The notes: generated from the sequence alone by a model not told the origin. Positions 1 to 13,181 are shown, counted from the stretch's first letter. The stretch: 64,000 nt of DNA from Eledone cirrhosa (GCA_964016885.1 OZ024756.1:39928001-39992000), one strand, 5' to 3'. Translations and numbers: made by a program.

Positions 1-96
1 CCGTATGAAGAACTCAATGTATTCCGGATATCATGGAAAGAAGAGATGTAATGAAAAACCACTTTCGGTGAAAGATAAACGGTATACAGAGTCAAG

Positions 97-490
97 ATAA
101 AATATTAAACAAATAATGAATAAACAATTCCTTATATTAAACAAAAAAAGTTCATTATTTAACGATCGTTTCTAGGGTATATATGTGTTATAATTGGTAT
201 GCATATTCAACAGATCTATGTACAAAATTATACAAAATTATACAAATTATCAAGATTAAATATACATACCTAACACATATATACGCCGTCTTCAGAAGAA
301 GACGGCGTATATATGTGTTAGGTATGTATATTTAATCTTGATAATTTGTATAATTTTGTATAATTTTGTACATAGATCTGTTGAATATGCATACCAATTA
401 TAACACATATATACCCTAGAAACGATCGTTAAATAATGAACTTTTTTTGTTTAATATAAGGAATTGTTTATTCATTATTTGTTTAATATT

Positions 491-494
<4 letters not shown>
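97..494. mobile_element. Perfect fold-back palindrome (197-bp arms, 4-nt loop), PLE-type pLTR fragment
   Basis: 97-293 is the reverse complement of 298-494; centre GTCTTC-agaa-GAAGAC; the right end runs into (TA)n. Confidence 0.85.
161..295 (-). ncRNA. Hammerhead ribozyme motif with very long stem II
   Basis: Minus strand: CTGAAGA, stem II gtatatatgtgtta/taacacatatatac plus ggtatgtatatttaa/ttgaatatgcatacc, GAAA, palindromic stem III ACGATCGT, then T; the stem I 5' strand is lost at the fold-back. Confidence 0.65.
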
Positions 495-561
<67 letters not shown>

Positions 562-565
<4 letters not shown>

Positions 566-668
566 GTGGTAAGGAACCAGGTGGACCATAACGCACCAGA
601 GTACTCAATACTTAGAGTAGTAGAGTGGGTAATAGGAAAAGGGTCAGGACCCCCGACTCTTTTCCTAT
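562..668 (-). mobile_element. Family A PLE-like element, internally deleted
   Basis: ggtgtggtaaggaaccag..gagtactcaatactt shared with the copies at 6.6k, 12.9k, 20.9k, 37.3k and 48.6k. Confidence 0.65.
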
Positions 669-923
669 ATTGTATATATATATTATGTGTGTGTGTAAAG
701 GGTATATATATATAATATGTGTGTGTAAAGGGTATATATATATGTGTGTGTGTGTGTAAAGGGTATATATATATAATATGTGTGTGTAAAGGGTATATAT
801 ATATAATGTGTGTGTGTAAAGGGTATATATATATGTGTGTGTGTGTGTGTATATAAATAAATGTGTGTATTGTATTATAGCACAATCCAGCCCCACCCCT
901 GTTAGCTGTAACAACAAACCAAA

Positions 924-1470
924 TACCACCACCTCATCCACCATCACCACAGCTACCACCACCGCCACCATCACTACTACTATCACCGCCACCACCACTG
1001 CTACTGCCATCACCGCCACCACCGCTACCATCACCGCCACCACAGCTACCACCACCAATACCACCACCGCCACTACCACCACCGCCGCCATCACCACTAC
1101 TTCTACCATCACCGCCACCACCACTGCTACTACCATCACCGCCACCACAGCTACCACCACCACCACCACCTCCAATACTACCACCACCACCGCCACTACC
1201 ACTGCTACAACTACCACCACTACTTCTACCATCACCGCCACCACCACTACTTCTACCATCACCGCCACCACTGCTACCACCACCGCCACCACTGCTACCA
1301 CCACCGCCACCACTGCTACCACCACCAATACTACCACCGCCACTACCACCATCACCGCCACCATCACTACTTCTACTATCACCGCCACCATCACTACTTC
1401 TACCACCACCGCCACCACCACTGCTACTACCACCACCGCCACCACTGCTACCACCACCGCCACCACTTCC
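924..1470. repeat. Degenerate (ACC/ACT/GCC)n trinucleotide tract
   Basis: Direct reading; explains the poly-Thr/poly-Val ORFs. Confidence 0.9.
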
Positions 1471-1794
1471 TCTACAGGTACCCGAATCAGCAAAATATAG
1501 AGAACAAGGTCACTATCAGTAAAATACTGAACATTAACAACAACAACATCTAAAACAACAGAAACAGCAGTTATTACTTTTACACCAAACAACCAGCAAC
1601 ATCTAGAACAACAACAACAGCAATAGCAGCAGTTGTTACTTCTATGAAGAGCCGTGGTTTAAGGGTTTAGGTATTCGGTTCAGGAGTTCAATTCTCGGCG
1701 GCACATTGTGTCATGGGTCAGGCATTTACTGATGAAAATATATTTTTTTTAATTTCTCAAAATTTACCATATTCGAAATTATTTGAAACATACA

Positions 1795-1974
1795 AATAAT
1801 TGTTTCTACTTTTGGCACAAAGCCAACAATTATCTCAGTGTATTACTGGTACTTTATTTTATCGACTTCGTAAGGATGAAAGGCAAAGTTAACCTCGGCG
1901 GGATTTGAACTCAGAACGGCAAGGGCCGTAACTCTATGCTTCAAAAAGCATGGCGTCCGACCCTCTACCGATAC
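1795..1974 (-). mobile_element. tRNA-derived SINE, group 1
   Basis: Reverse complement of gtatcggtagagggtcgg..gagttcaaatcccgccgagg..tttcatcctt..gataaaataaagtaccag; Pol III A/B-box-like head. Confidence 0.85.
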
Positions 1975-2024
1975 AGAAATAATGGTGACGAAATGGTCTT
2001 TGGTGCAACGTTACTAGATAGAGA

Positions 2025-2300
2025 GTAGCTTAGAGATGAGAGAATCACTCGGATACTATGGACATACTATGGATATACTCGGATACTATGGACATGTGCT
2101 TAAACTGTCTCAGTAAAGAATCGTTGCACAGATTTTACAGGGTAAACCAACCGGCAGGAGACCCAGGGGTAGACCTTGGGTAAGATGGTTGGATAACATC
2201 CATTAACTTGGCTGATCACGCTTGGAGACGGTTGCTTCAGGTAGGACCCGCTGGAAGGACTGTTTGAGGACTCTGCCCACACGACCCTCTCAGGAAAAGA
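2025..2300 (+). mobile_element. RTE-clade LINE 3' fragment, degenerate
   Basis: Homologous to the 7333-7660, 35123-35450 and 59205-59660 copies (gatactatggacatgtg..gactctgcccacacgaccctc). Confidence 0.75.
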
Positions 2301-2317
2301 AAAAGATAACAGGGTGA

Positions 2318-2510
2318 TGGATTTAGCAGTATCGGTAGAGCGTCGGACAACATGTTTTACGGTATATAGTTACGTCCCTTTACGTTCCGAGTTCAAAACT
2401 CGCCAAGGTTAGTTTTGCCTTTCATCCTTACGGGGTCGATTAAATAAAGTACCAGTAATGCACTGGGGTAGACTTAATCGACTTTCTCCTCCACCAAAAC
2501 TTGTGGCCAT
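2318..2510 (+). mobile_element. tRNA-derived SINE, group 1
   Basis: gcagtatcggtagagcgtcgg..gagttcaaa..tttcatccttacggggtcgat. Confidence 0.85.
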
Positions 2511-3015
2511 ATATTACAAAAAGCCATATATTTGAATATAATTATAAATAGGTTTTGTGGTTTAATAAACAATTGGGAGAATTCTCGTTGTACGTTTGAC
2601 ATTAGCGGTCAAAAACTTGACACTGAATACTTGAGGATCTACTCCATGTTAGAGGGTCCACTCAGTGTTTGAGACCTATCCTCACACTGGAAAGCAGTGG
2701 CTGACGAGAGAAGACAAGGAAGAAGGCATTAGATTCGTCTACTTGAATAATTACGGAATAAAGTATTTTCTCTACTAACCCTTTATTCCTTACTAAGTGG
2801 TGTCAAGACGGACAATAGGCAAAACATACAACATACCTTTCTCTCTCTCTCTGTCTAGCTCTCTCTCTCTCTATATATATATATATATCCCTACCTTTCT
2901 CTCTCTCTCTATCTCCTTATATATATATATCTCACTATCACTATTTCTATCTATCTCTCTCTATATATATATCAATGATATTAATAAAGGGAAACTATAT
3001 TTATAAAACCATATT

Positions 3016-3077
3016 TATTCTATTATATATATTTCACGGGTACCAAAAACTTTGGTACGCTCTCATCAGATAAAATA
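3016..3077 (-). ncRNA. Type I hammerhead ribozyme (family C)
   Basis: tattttat-CTGATGA-[gtaccaaa/tttggtac]-GAAA-tatata-TA-atagaata; 8-bp stem I. Confidence 0.75.
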
Positions 3078-3185
3078 CCAAATTTGTTTTACAAATAGTG
3101 ACATATCCAGGAATCAGACCTTAACAGTTCAGGTTCCGTTTGGATATATATTTGTTGAATTACCAACAAATTAAATATCTCTTTG

Positions 3186-3243
<58 letters not shown>

Positions 3244-3540
3244 TAGATAGATAGATATATATATATTTCTATCTATATTTCTATACATATATATTTATAT
3301 ATATATAATTAGCTATCTCTCTTTCTTTCTTTCTATCTCCCCCTTTTCTCTCTTCGTGGTCTCCTCTCTCCCAACGTCAGTGACACACACACACACTGAG
3401 TGTTAACAGATGGAGACAGGGCTGTAGGAGCGGTTATTTTGGAGACATTCCTTGAAACATTGTGGAATGGCGGTGATTTGGGGGGGGAGGAGGTGATAGG
3501 AATTGCTTTAGAGGCAATAAATACAGTTGTCCATCCACCT

Positions 3541-3628
3541 GGCTACCCAGCCACTCGCCCGGCTACCCAGCCACTCGCCCGGCTACCCAGCCACTCGCCC
3601 GGCTACCCAGCCACTCGTCCAGCTACCC
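3541..3628. repeat. 20-bp tandem repeat, about 4 copies
   Basis: ggctacccagccactcgccc. Confidence 0.9.
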
Positions 3629-3796
3629 AACCATCTAACTAGACACAGCTACCCAGCATCAACAGCAAAACTTTACATAAAACAACACAGCTTCCATTTA
3701 CCCCCCCCCCCCTCTCCACCAACTTATATGTTCGGAACGTCTGGGGTTGCCTTGTTTGTTGGTTGGTTTCTGTATGTCAGAGCAAATTACCACTTG

Positions 3797-3840
<44 letters not shown>

Positions 3841-3999
3841 GCAGCTCACACATGCACACACACATACGCACTCACACACATACGCACACACACAGACAGA
3901 CAGAATCCCAGAAGTTTTCATAGTAAAACTTCCAACTCCCTTTTTCATTTTATTAGGAAACAGCGTGGGAACAAGAGGGAAATGTCGGACACAGGAGTA

Positions 4000-4555
4000 A
4001 GGATGGTGATGGTGGTGGTAGGAGTGATGGTTGTGATGGTGGTAGGAGTGATGGTGGTAGGAGTGATGGTTGTGGTGGTGGTGGTGGTGGTGGTAGGATT
4101 GATGGTTGTGGTGGTGGTGGTGGTGGTAGGATTGATGGTTGTGGTGGTAGGAGTGATGGTGATGGTGGTGGTAGGAGTGATGGTGATGGTGGTGGTAGTG
4201 GTGGTAGGAGTGATGGTGGTGGTAGTGGTGGTAGGAGTGATGGTTGTGATGGTGGTAGGAGTGATGGTTTTGGTGGTGGTGGTAGTGATGGTGGTAGGAG
4301 TGATGGTTGTGGTGATGGTGGTAGGAGTGATGGTTGTGGTGATGGTGGTAGGAGTGATGGTTGTGGTGATGGTGGTAGGAGTGATGGTTGTGGTGGTGGT
4401 GATGGTAGGAGTGATGGTTGTGGTGGTGGTAGGAGTGATGGTTGTGGTGATGGTGGTAGTAGTGGTGGTGGTGGTGGTGGTAGTAGTGGTGGTGGTGGTG
4501 GTGGTAGTAGTGGTAGTAGTGGTGGTGGGAGTGATGGTTGTGGTGATGGTAGTTG
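4000..4555. repeat. (GGT)n-rich compound repeat with GTAGGAGTGATG subunit
   Basis: Direct reading. Confidence 0.9.
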
Positions 4556-4574
4556 GAGGTCATCGTTGTTAAAC

Positions 4575-4880
4575 TGTGGTCGTGGAGGTTTGCGGTCGAG
4601 TCCGTAGCAGTGAAGACTTCTGGTGTCCTTGGCCATAGCACCACCTCCCTACTCACCACCATCGACACAGAGTTAGCTGCCCACAGCTGTGAGCCTCACT
4701 AGGAGCTGGAATGGCTCACCACCTCCAGAGAAAGATCTTCTCTGTCCTCTCCGCCGGGGTCGCAGGGCAGCCGGCTGGCGCATGGGCCTCTATTTGCTTA
4801 CAATAGTGAAATGTGGGTATAGCAGGAGAAACAGAGGGAGTTGCCCGCGGGTGTCTGGCTCCATAAGTTCGGACCTGGTG
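4575..4880 (+). mobile_element. CRE-clade non-LTR retrotransposon 3' fragment
   Basis: VAVKTSGVLG..TSLL remnant of the restriction-like endonuclease C-terminus; homologous to 16195-16510 and 56957-57262. Confidence 0.6.
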
Positions 4881-5149
4881 TATATGTATATGTGTATATA
4901 TTTAGTTACCAGACCAGACCACATTTTGTATTGAAAATAGCAGGCAATGTTGTCCATGAACCTCAAGAAACTTGTGACCTGACATTGTCTGACCTTAAAT
5001 GACATGAAATGTTAGGCATCAACGTATTTCCTAAAATTTCAGAGGATGTTACCACATGAACAGAAATACTTGTAAACAATGGCGTAAGGTGGGGAAATGT
5101 GGAATGGGAACGGTGAGGTGGGAGTGAGGGATGTATGTGTGTGTGTGTT

Positions 5150-5195
<46 letters not shown>

Positions 5196-5653
5196 AAATA
5201 TATGTGTATATATGTATATAAATATGTGTATATGTGTGTATATATATGTGTATATGTGTGTGTGTGTGTGTATAAATATATATGTGTATATATGTATATA
5301 AATATATGTGTATATGTGTATATGTGTGTGTGTGTGCTAAAGATAGAGATGATTGGTGGGAAAGTGTGAGAGATGAGAGACTGAAGAAGGGAGTGAAACA
5401 GGAATTTGTTTTGAGAAGGAAATCTGAGGAAAAGGAAGAGACTTCCGATGTAGTATGGCAGATCTGGCTTGAAATATTGTCACATCTCAGGCTTCTTCTT
5501 GTCTATATTTAGTAAACACACACACATACAGGCACCACACCCCCACACATTTATATATGTATTTGTACATATATATATACACACAAGTGGAAGCTGTACA
5601 TTATATATATATATATATATATAAAAGAGAGAGAGAGAGAGAGAGAGATAGAT

Positions 5654-5685
<32 letters not shown>

Positions 5686-5907
5686 CGCATGAGAAAAAGA
5701 AAAAGAGGATGAAAGTAAATGATAGAGAAGTAAATCATTGATTTAACCCTGTGGTGATAACGAAATCAGGTGATAGCTACTCCGGAGTACCAAATAATGG
5801 GGGGGGGGGCGATTATTCAAGACCTGAGAGTACTTAAAAAAGAAATAAAGTTGTTCGAGCCGACATATCACACACACATAATATATATATATATATATTA
5901 TATATAT

Positions 5908-6070
5908 AGTAATAATAATAAATGTTAAGACTAAAATCCAAAGAGGGCTCGATAAGGATAAATATATGTCAAATATATAAGAACCCTGGAGCAAATATTC
6001 AGAAAATCCCGTTAAGGGTGAAAGCAGCGATTCTTTGCTTAAACTTTAATCTGTTATTTTAATAAATAAA
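5908..6070. mobile_element. Family E PLE-like element, inverted 3' half joined to hammerhead half
   Basis: Compare the colinear copy at 52247-52400; junction ttcag|aaaatcccgttaagggtgaaagcagc. Confidence 0.65.
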
Positions 6071-6168
6071 TAAATAAATAAATATATATATAATGCATGA
6101 AGGAAGGAGCAAGTATATTCGGAAGTATATATATCAAATAAGAATATTTTCGAAACAGCGAGTGGGTT

Positions 6169-6456
6169 TGAAATTATTAGAAATGTAAGCTATCGCCGTA
6201 TTTTGACTAAAGAAATTATTTAGACTGATAGTGGGGTTAAGAACCCTCAGAGAAGTGGAAAAAGATGAGTATTGACGTACATGTACGTCAATACTCATCT
6301 TTTTCCACTTCTCTGAGGGTTCTTAACCCCACTATCAGGCTAAATAATTTGTACGTCAATACTCATCTTTTTCCACTTCTCTGAGGGTTCTTAACCCCAC
6401 TATCAGGCTAAATAATTTCTTTAGTCAAAATACGGCGATAGCTTACATTTCTAATA

Positions 6457-6462
<6 letters not shown>
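6169..6462. repeat. Palindrome (arms about 112 bp) with a 69-bp direct duplication in the right arm
   Basis: Centre gtacatgtac at about 6281; gtacgtcaatact..taattt repeated at 6283 and 6351; ends in (TA)n. Confidence 0.85.
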
Positions 6463-6499
<37 letters not shown>

Positions 6500-6502
<3 letters not shown>

Positions 6503-6690
6503 AAAAAGTATGACCCCGACGGCAGAGCACCGACGGCTATTTCTGGACTAGAGTCCAGAAATAGCCGTCGAAACGGCTTGAGCTCTGCCGTCGGGGTCAT
6601 ACCTTTTCCTATTTCCCACTCTACTACCCTAAGTATTGAGTACTCTGGTGCGTTATGGTCCATCTGGTTCCTTACCACAATTCCTTTGTT
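6500..6690 (+). mobile_element. Family A PLE-like element with 5' fold-back
   Basis: Palindrome 6500-6610 centred on ctggactagagtccag; hammerhead 3' half GAAACGGC-loop-GCCGTC; (TA)n on both sides. Confidence 0.75.
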
Positions 6691-6705
6691 ATATATATAT
6701 ATAAT

Positions 6706-6790
6706 CTACCTTGGTATCCTTGAAATATGTATAATGAAATAAATATGGTTTTATAAATATAGTTTTCATTTGTTAATATATTGTATATTT
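6706..6790 (+). mobile_element. Family C element, truncated within hammerhead stem II
   Basis: ggtatccttgaaatatgtataatgaaataaatatggtttta matches 48472-48530. Confidence 0.6.
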
Positions 6791-6875
6791 ACTCCAATTA
6801 ATTTGTTGAGTGCTTTATATCAGTTATAAAAATATTTTGCTTGTTGTATCCCAACAAATTAAATATAACCTCTAC

Positions 6876-6940
<65 letters not shown>

Positions 6941-7023
6941 GACACACTCAATCCAGATTCCAGCTTATACTTTAAAAGTATTTTCCGATCTCTACTATGG
7001 AATGCTAAACATTCATTGACCAC

Positions 7024-7071
<48 letters not shown>

Positions 7072-7332
7072 TTCCTTCCGAATACAATCTACGTATATAC
7101 TTACTCCTTCCTTTATGTATTATTTTGTCATCGAGTTTCCAATTTTAACTAGAGAACATCAGAAAGCTATAATTAAAATCTAACGTTCGAGGAAGTCAGG
7201 GTTGATGTCCGTCAGCCCTTCCTCCCCACCCATCCCATATATAGATATCTTCCTCTCATGTGAAAACAAAAACAACAACAAGCCTGATATTTGGAGCAGA
7301 AGAGAGACTTTCCTCCTCGGAACGAGAATATT

Positions 7333-7660
7333 GTCTTCTTCGCCCACTTAGTCCTGAGAGGGTCGTGGGGGCGGAATCCTCAAACACTCCTTCCAGTGGG
7401 CCCTGAACGAAGCAACCGTCTCCAACTGATCCGGCTGAATCCCCAAGTGAGACCAGCCAAGCTCAAGGATGTTATCCAATCATCTTGCTCGAGGTCTACC
7501 CCTGGGTCTCCTACCTGTTGGTTTTGTACGTAGAATCTGACCAATGATTCTTTCCCGAGACATTCTAACGACATGTCCTCCATAGTATCGGAGCTGTGAT
7601 CTCTCAATTCGGAGAAGGAGCGGCTCTACCTGGAGTGACTCTCTCGTCTCCGAGCTACAC
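7333..7660 (-). mobile_element. RTE-clade LINE 3' fragment (Rex3/Expander-like)
   Basis: RESLQVEPLLLRIERSQLRYYG.HVVRM..RRPRGRPRAR, typical RTE ORF C-terminus; GAA-type tail. Confidence 0.85.
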
Positions 7661-7734
7661 ACTTTAACATTAATTTTAATGTTTTAAATGGCATTAGAGT
7701 TCATTCACTGGGCTGACAATATGCCTCATATTTG

Positions 7735-7776
<42 letters not shown>

Positions 7777-8060
7777 TATTTTAATGCTTAAGAAAGCAGT
7801 GTAATAAATTTTTTTTTGGGGGGGGGGGCATGTTGATGAAAATAAGTGCCGGAAATATATATATGTATACATACGAAATATAAAACAATCTAATTTTAGT
7901 TTGATAGCAATAGTTTAATATTTTGTATCTCGGCTCTGTAATACATCTGATAGTTTACATTGAGCCTTTTCTCTTACTGGTAATTGGCTACTGCTTAGTA
8001 CTACCTTTTCATATTTATAATTGTATATAACTCATATATCAGTATAAATATTATTAGTAT

Positions 8061-8091
<31 letters not shown>

Positions 8092-8157
8092 TTATACATA
8101 TACACATAACTATACATATAGATATACATACATATGTATATCTATATGTATGTATAC

Positions 8158-8263
8158 CCGTCGAGGTTAACTTTGCCTTACATCCTTACGGGGTCGATAA
8201 AATAAAGTACCAGTAATATACTGCGGTAATTGCTGTCCTTGTGCCAAACGTAGAAACAATTAT
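8158..8263 (+). mobile_element. SINE group 1, 3' half
   Basis: cgaggttaactttgcc..gtgccaaacgtagaaacaatt. Confidence 0.75.
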
Positions 8264-9120
8264 TACTATATGCATATATATACATATTTATACATATACA
8301 CATAACTATACATATATACATATAGATATACATACATATATGTGTACATATACACACATACATATACACATAACTATACATATAGATATACATACATACA
8401 TATATGTGTACATATACACATATACATAAACACATATAGATACATGCACACACATACACAAACAAAGGGAGAGAGATGTGGGAAATAAACAAAGAGGAGT
8501 AAATAAATGCCACAATTGTTTGGCTGAGTAGTATCATATTGATAGGACACACACAAGACGTCTGTTTAGGAGATTAACTGATTCTGTTTATCAGCGAATA
8601 ATGAGAAATAAAACAGACTTCTTAAGTTTAGCTCTTGACACGTGTTGTAGTACATAGAATATATGTAGAGTTGGGGATAAGGATAGATGGTGGTGGTGGT
8701 GTCGTGGAAGGGGTAATGCATTGGTGGTGTTGATGGTGATGTTGGTGGTGATGGTGATGTTGATGGTGATGGTGGTGCTGCTGTCGTGGAAAGAGTAATG
8801 CCATGGTGGTGTTGTACTAATGTGAAATATGTGTGTATAACTACACTATATATTACCACATACTTCAATATTACTAGCTATATGTATGTATATATATACG
8901 AGAATGTGTATGTGTGTATGTGTGTACTAATATGAAGACAAGATATTTTCTTAACGTCTAACTTCACTAGATTTATGCTTATTTAATGAAGCACAAATCC
9001 GCAGCTAAACTTCTTTTTATTCCAAATCTAATCATAAACCGCTTCTCTCTTTGAAATTCCCACGAATACGTTTAAAACAACATCACACTTTTGAAAGAAA
9101 GTATGTATATATATCTGTAC

Positions 9121-9169
<49 letters not shown>

Positions 9170-10079
9170 GTTACGTGTATATGTGTTTATGTGTATACAG
9201 GTGTTTATAAATATATATATATATATGAGGGTTTACGTGTATATGTATGTGTGTGTGTATACAGGTGTTTTTATATATATATATATATATATATAAACAC
9301 CTCTATACACAGTCACACGCACTATATATATATATATATATATATAGTCGGTACCTACGCACAAATATGATAAGTTACAAGACATCTCCAATTATTTTGA
9401 AGTTCCCCATTATTCAATTTTTTTCGTTCAGTTTCTTATGTTTATCTCAGAAGAAGAACCGGCCCCTAGTTTTAGACTCTTACTTTATTTATCGACCCCA
9501 AACAGCACAAAGTTGACCTCGGCGGAATTTGAAGTATCTAGAGTACCGGAACGACTACCACGAAGGTTAACACGGTCCTTGTTTTGTTAATAACAATAAA
9601 CAAAACTCCAACAAATCTATTTTAGATAACAACAACACTACAAATATTTAAAAGCATGTTGCTTGGGTGTACTTGGGCCCCGTGAGCTCACCCACATCTT
9701 GTGTGACCCTAGAGCTCTTCACATTTCACACCATACCAACTATAATTCTCTCTGATGTTCTAACCATTCTGCCAATTGTTTAAATATCTGCTTCTATTTT
9801 TTTGTTTTATTTTCAATTCGAGGCCCCCCCCCCCCCCGACTGCTTGTTACGACTAGAGGGGAGTAGGGGTGGGGGATAGAGAACAGGGCTCATGGGAGAA
9901 TGAGGGAGAGAGAGAGAAGTGGAGGGGTAGATAAGATAGAGTGACAAACAAGAGAGGGAGATAAGATAGAGTGACAAATAAGAGAGAGGGAGAGAGAGAA
10001 ATTCCACATTGTTGACATCACACCCCGCCCCAACAACATAACATCACTTTCACCATCCCATCATTATAATTACCACTGT

Positions 10080-10475
10080 AGTTACCACCACCACCACTAC
10101 AGTCTCCACCCTAGTCACCACCCCACTAGTCCCCACCACCACCACCACAGTCTCCACCTTCACCATAGTTACTACCACCCCACCACTATTATAGTTATCA
10201 ACAATCATCACTACGACCACCAAACTGTTGCTTGTTGAGAATGTCGACTGTTTCTTCCAATTCCAAACCCCCCACCACCACTACCACCATATTACTACCA
10301 CCACCACTACCACCACTACCAACACCACCACCACCATTATTACTACCACCACCACTACCACCACCACCACCACCACCATCATTACCACCACCACCACCAC
10401 TACCGCCATCATTACCACCACCACCACCACTACCGCCATCATTACCACCACCACCACCACCACCACCATCATTAC
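10080..10475. repeat. (ACC)n-rich tract
   Basis: Direct reading. Confidence 0.85.
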
Positions 10476-11144
10476 TATTACAGTCCAACCTTTCTCCTAT
10501 CGCTGAATCTCATTGAGTTATTTCTATCAATGACATAACTGAGTAGTCTTATATTTATAGTACACACTCTCACACATACAGACAGACAGACACAGACAGA
10601 CAGCGAAATAGATAGAGAGGGAAGGGGGGGGGGGGGCAGAGAAGAGAAATAAAGATAAGGAAAAGAAGGAGAAAATGAAAGAGAAAGCGATAGAAAAGAT
10701 AGAGAGAAAGTGAGAAAAGAGACAGAGGTTAAGAGATTGTAGATGAAACAAGACAGTTTCACAGTTTCTCTGTTACACTAACACAACAACAAACAACAAA
10801 CAAGTTAGTGTAAAGTAATATAAATATTAGTAGATTGTGACGGTTAGAGTAGTTTACTTTTTATGGCTTAGTGAGAGGAAGGATGGGCTCTACCCATAGC
10901 TTTCTTTTTCTTTTTTTCTTTATGTTCCTCAATAGACTGGGATGAACGGGAGAATGGAAATACGACATTAGGGGACCATTCTCAATCTAGAGGCATGGCA
11001 TTGTTCAAATACTTGCAGTAAATTGACTTTGCTAAAGTACCCATGAGTTTCAGTGGTGGTGGTGGTGTACATCCCAATATCGTCGCTCGCAAACCTATGG
11101 AGTGTGTAGTGACGAAACGGCAGTGTGTAAAAGACACTAGTCTT

Positions 11145-11790
11145 GTATGAGGCGTGCAGTGATGAAATGACAGCGCTGGAGAAGCATTCAACTGTTATGA
11201 GGCGTGCAGTGATGAAATGACAGCGCTGGAGAAGCATTCAACTGTTATGAGGCGTGCAGTGATGAAATGACAGCGTTGGAGAAGCATTCAACTGTTATGA
11301 GGCGTGCAGTGATGAAATGACAGCGCTGGAGAAGCATTCAACTGTTATGAGGCGTGCAGTGATGAAATGACAGCGCTGGAGAAGCATTCAACTGTTATGA
11401 GGCGTGCAGTGATGAAATGACAGCGCTGGAGAAGCATTCAACTGTTATGAGGCGTGCAGTGATGAAATGACAGCGCTGGAGAAGCATTGAACTGTTATGG
11501 GGCGTCCAGAGATGTGGGCTGACACTCGACTAGTATGGAGCATGGGGAGGCATTCAGCCGTTATGAGGCGTGCAGTGATGACATGGTGATGTAGGGAGAC
11601 ACTCGACTAGTATGGAGCTTACAGTGACGAAATGGTGACGAGGGATAGATACTCAGCTGCTATGAGGCATGTAGTGTGTAGGGGAGACATTGAACTGCTA
11701 TGAGGCATGCAGTATGTAGGGGAGACATTCAACTGCTATGAGGCATGCAGTGATGAAATGGTGATGCGGGGGAGGTACTCGACTACTAAG
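11145..11790. repeat. 50-bp minisatellite, about 7 near-identical copies followed by degenerate copies
   Basis: gaggcgtgcagtgatgaaatgacagcgctggagaagcattcaactgttat. Confidence 0.9.
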
Positions 11791-12084
11791 GGGAGTATGT
11801 TTAAAACTGCTTTAAGGATATCTCAGTCCTCCAAAGGAAGACACGTAAAAAAAAAAAAAATACTTTATTCAGCTTTTAGGGAATTGGCAGGAGATTTCGA
11901 GATTTTCTGTGGAAAAGGTCAATTGAGATGAACAACCGTTGGTAATTATTTGATTATATTATCAGATAGACGGAAAGGTCAACCAATTGACCCCCATATT
12001 AGAGACCGAAATAAATAAATATTGGATCTGTATTTATTTAACAAGTGACTTCATTTGAGACTTGTGTTGAAACTGGGAAACAAT

Positions 12085-12170
12085 TATTGGGTCGTCAAGT
12101 ATGAAATTTGTAGGGAGGCATATGGTCATATGTTTGTTTTTCTACAAATTTCATATTTGACGACCCAATA
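12085..12170. mobile_element. 86-bp mariner-type MITE/hairpin
   Basis: TIRs tattgggtcgtcaagtatgaaatttgtag / ctacaaatttcatatttgacgacccaata with TA ends. Confidence 0.6.
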
Positions 12171-12496
12171 CATTGTGAAAGAGCCACGATAGCCATCTAC
12201 AACACTCACTCACTCACACTCACTCTCTTTCTGTTATATTCACGTTTCAATTATTTCGTGTCATCTTGGTCATTGAAACAATTTCACTACGAGGTGAATA
12301 TAACAGGTTTTTCTATGTTTTTGTTTCGTTTCGTTTTGTTTATTAATGGTTAGGAATGGTTCTTCCACGACGTCAGAAATAAATAGCTATCCTTTAAACT
12401 TCTTACATCTTATGTAATATTGATTCTCTGATGGGTATTTTATCCATTCATTGAGATGTTTAAGTATTAGAGAGAGAGAGAGAGAGAGAGAAAGAA

Positions 12497-12672
12497 AAGC
12501 TTCTACGAGACTAGAACTGTTTCATTCGGGAGAAATCATCAGGGAGCCCTGATGATTTCTCCCGAATGAAACAGTTCTAGTCTCGTAGAAGCCTTTTCTA
12601 TATTAAATATTTATACTCTGTTTTGTATTGAGTACTTTACTTACTGTGGTTACCCCCGATTGAACCCGGGAT
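12497..12672 (+). mobile_element. Family B PLE-like element with hammerhead and 5' fold-back
   Basis: Palindrome centred on tcagggagccctga; CTGATGA-tttctcccgaat-GAAACAG; body shared with 38.6k, 42.3k and 58.9k. Confidence 0.75.
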
Positions 12673-12702
12673 AAACACATTTATATATATATATATATAT
12701 AT

Positions 12703-12832
12703 GTCTTGAGCAAGACACTTTATTTCACGTTGCTCCTTTTACCTGGAGTTGCGACCGATAGATAGTATTAGCAACTGGAAAGACCGACGGAAACATTGTT
12801 TCCTCGGTCCGATTTGACGAAAGTCGATCGAT
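12703..12832 (+). mobile_element. CORE-type SINE fragment
   Basis: cttgagcaagacactttatttcacgttgctcc core. Confidence 0.75.
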
Positions 12833-12847
12833 ATATACATAATATAT

Positions 12848-12988
12848 AGGAAAAAGTATGACCCCGACGGCAGAGCTCAAGCCGTTTCGACGGCTATTTC
12901 TGGACTCAGCGTCCACTCTACTACCCTAAGTATTGAGTACTCTGGTGCGTTATGGTCCATCTGGTTCCTTACCACAATTCCTTTGTTA
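12848..12988. mobile_element. Family A element, inverted hammerhead half plus 3' body
   Basis: Junction ctggactcagcgtccactcta. Confidence 0.7.
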
Positions 12989-13181
12989 TACATTATATAT
13001 ATATATAAATACATTATCGGAGAAAGCTAATAGCGATACTCCGGCCAAATTCCAACTCACTCAACAAACATTAGGAAATATCTGAGTATATTCCTAATTA
13101 AACGTTTGGGGTGCTAACTAATTGTATTGTGTGGAAAATTGGCTGTATTATTTCATATGAGATATATTAAATATATCTCTT

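Noticed and set aside
612-1592. Long poly-Val/poly-Thr ORFs (also 3763-4668, 43243-44500, 48985-49747)
   Set aside because: They are trinucleotide repeats open in several frames on both strands, with no unique domain; a mucin-like exon cannot be excluded but is unsupported
1726-1790. CTGATGA..CGAAA possible hammerhead
   Set aside because: Stems are too AT-rich and imperfect to support the call
3434-3538. Minus-strand terminal exon (VDGQLYLLPLKQFL..)
   Set aside because: No polypyrimidine acceptor; upstream is a tandem repeat
11145-11500. GTGATGA C-box-like motif in the 50-bp repeat (snoRNA array)
   Set aside because: No CTGA D box and no terminal stem in the unit
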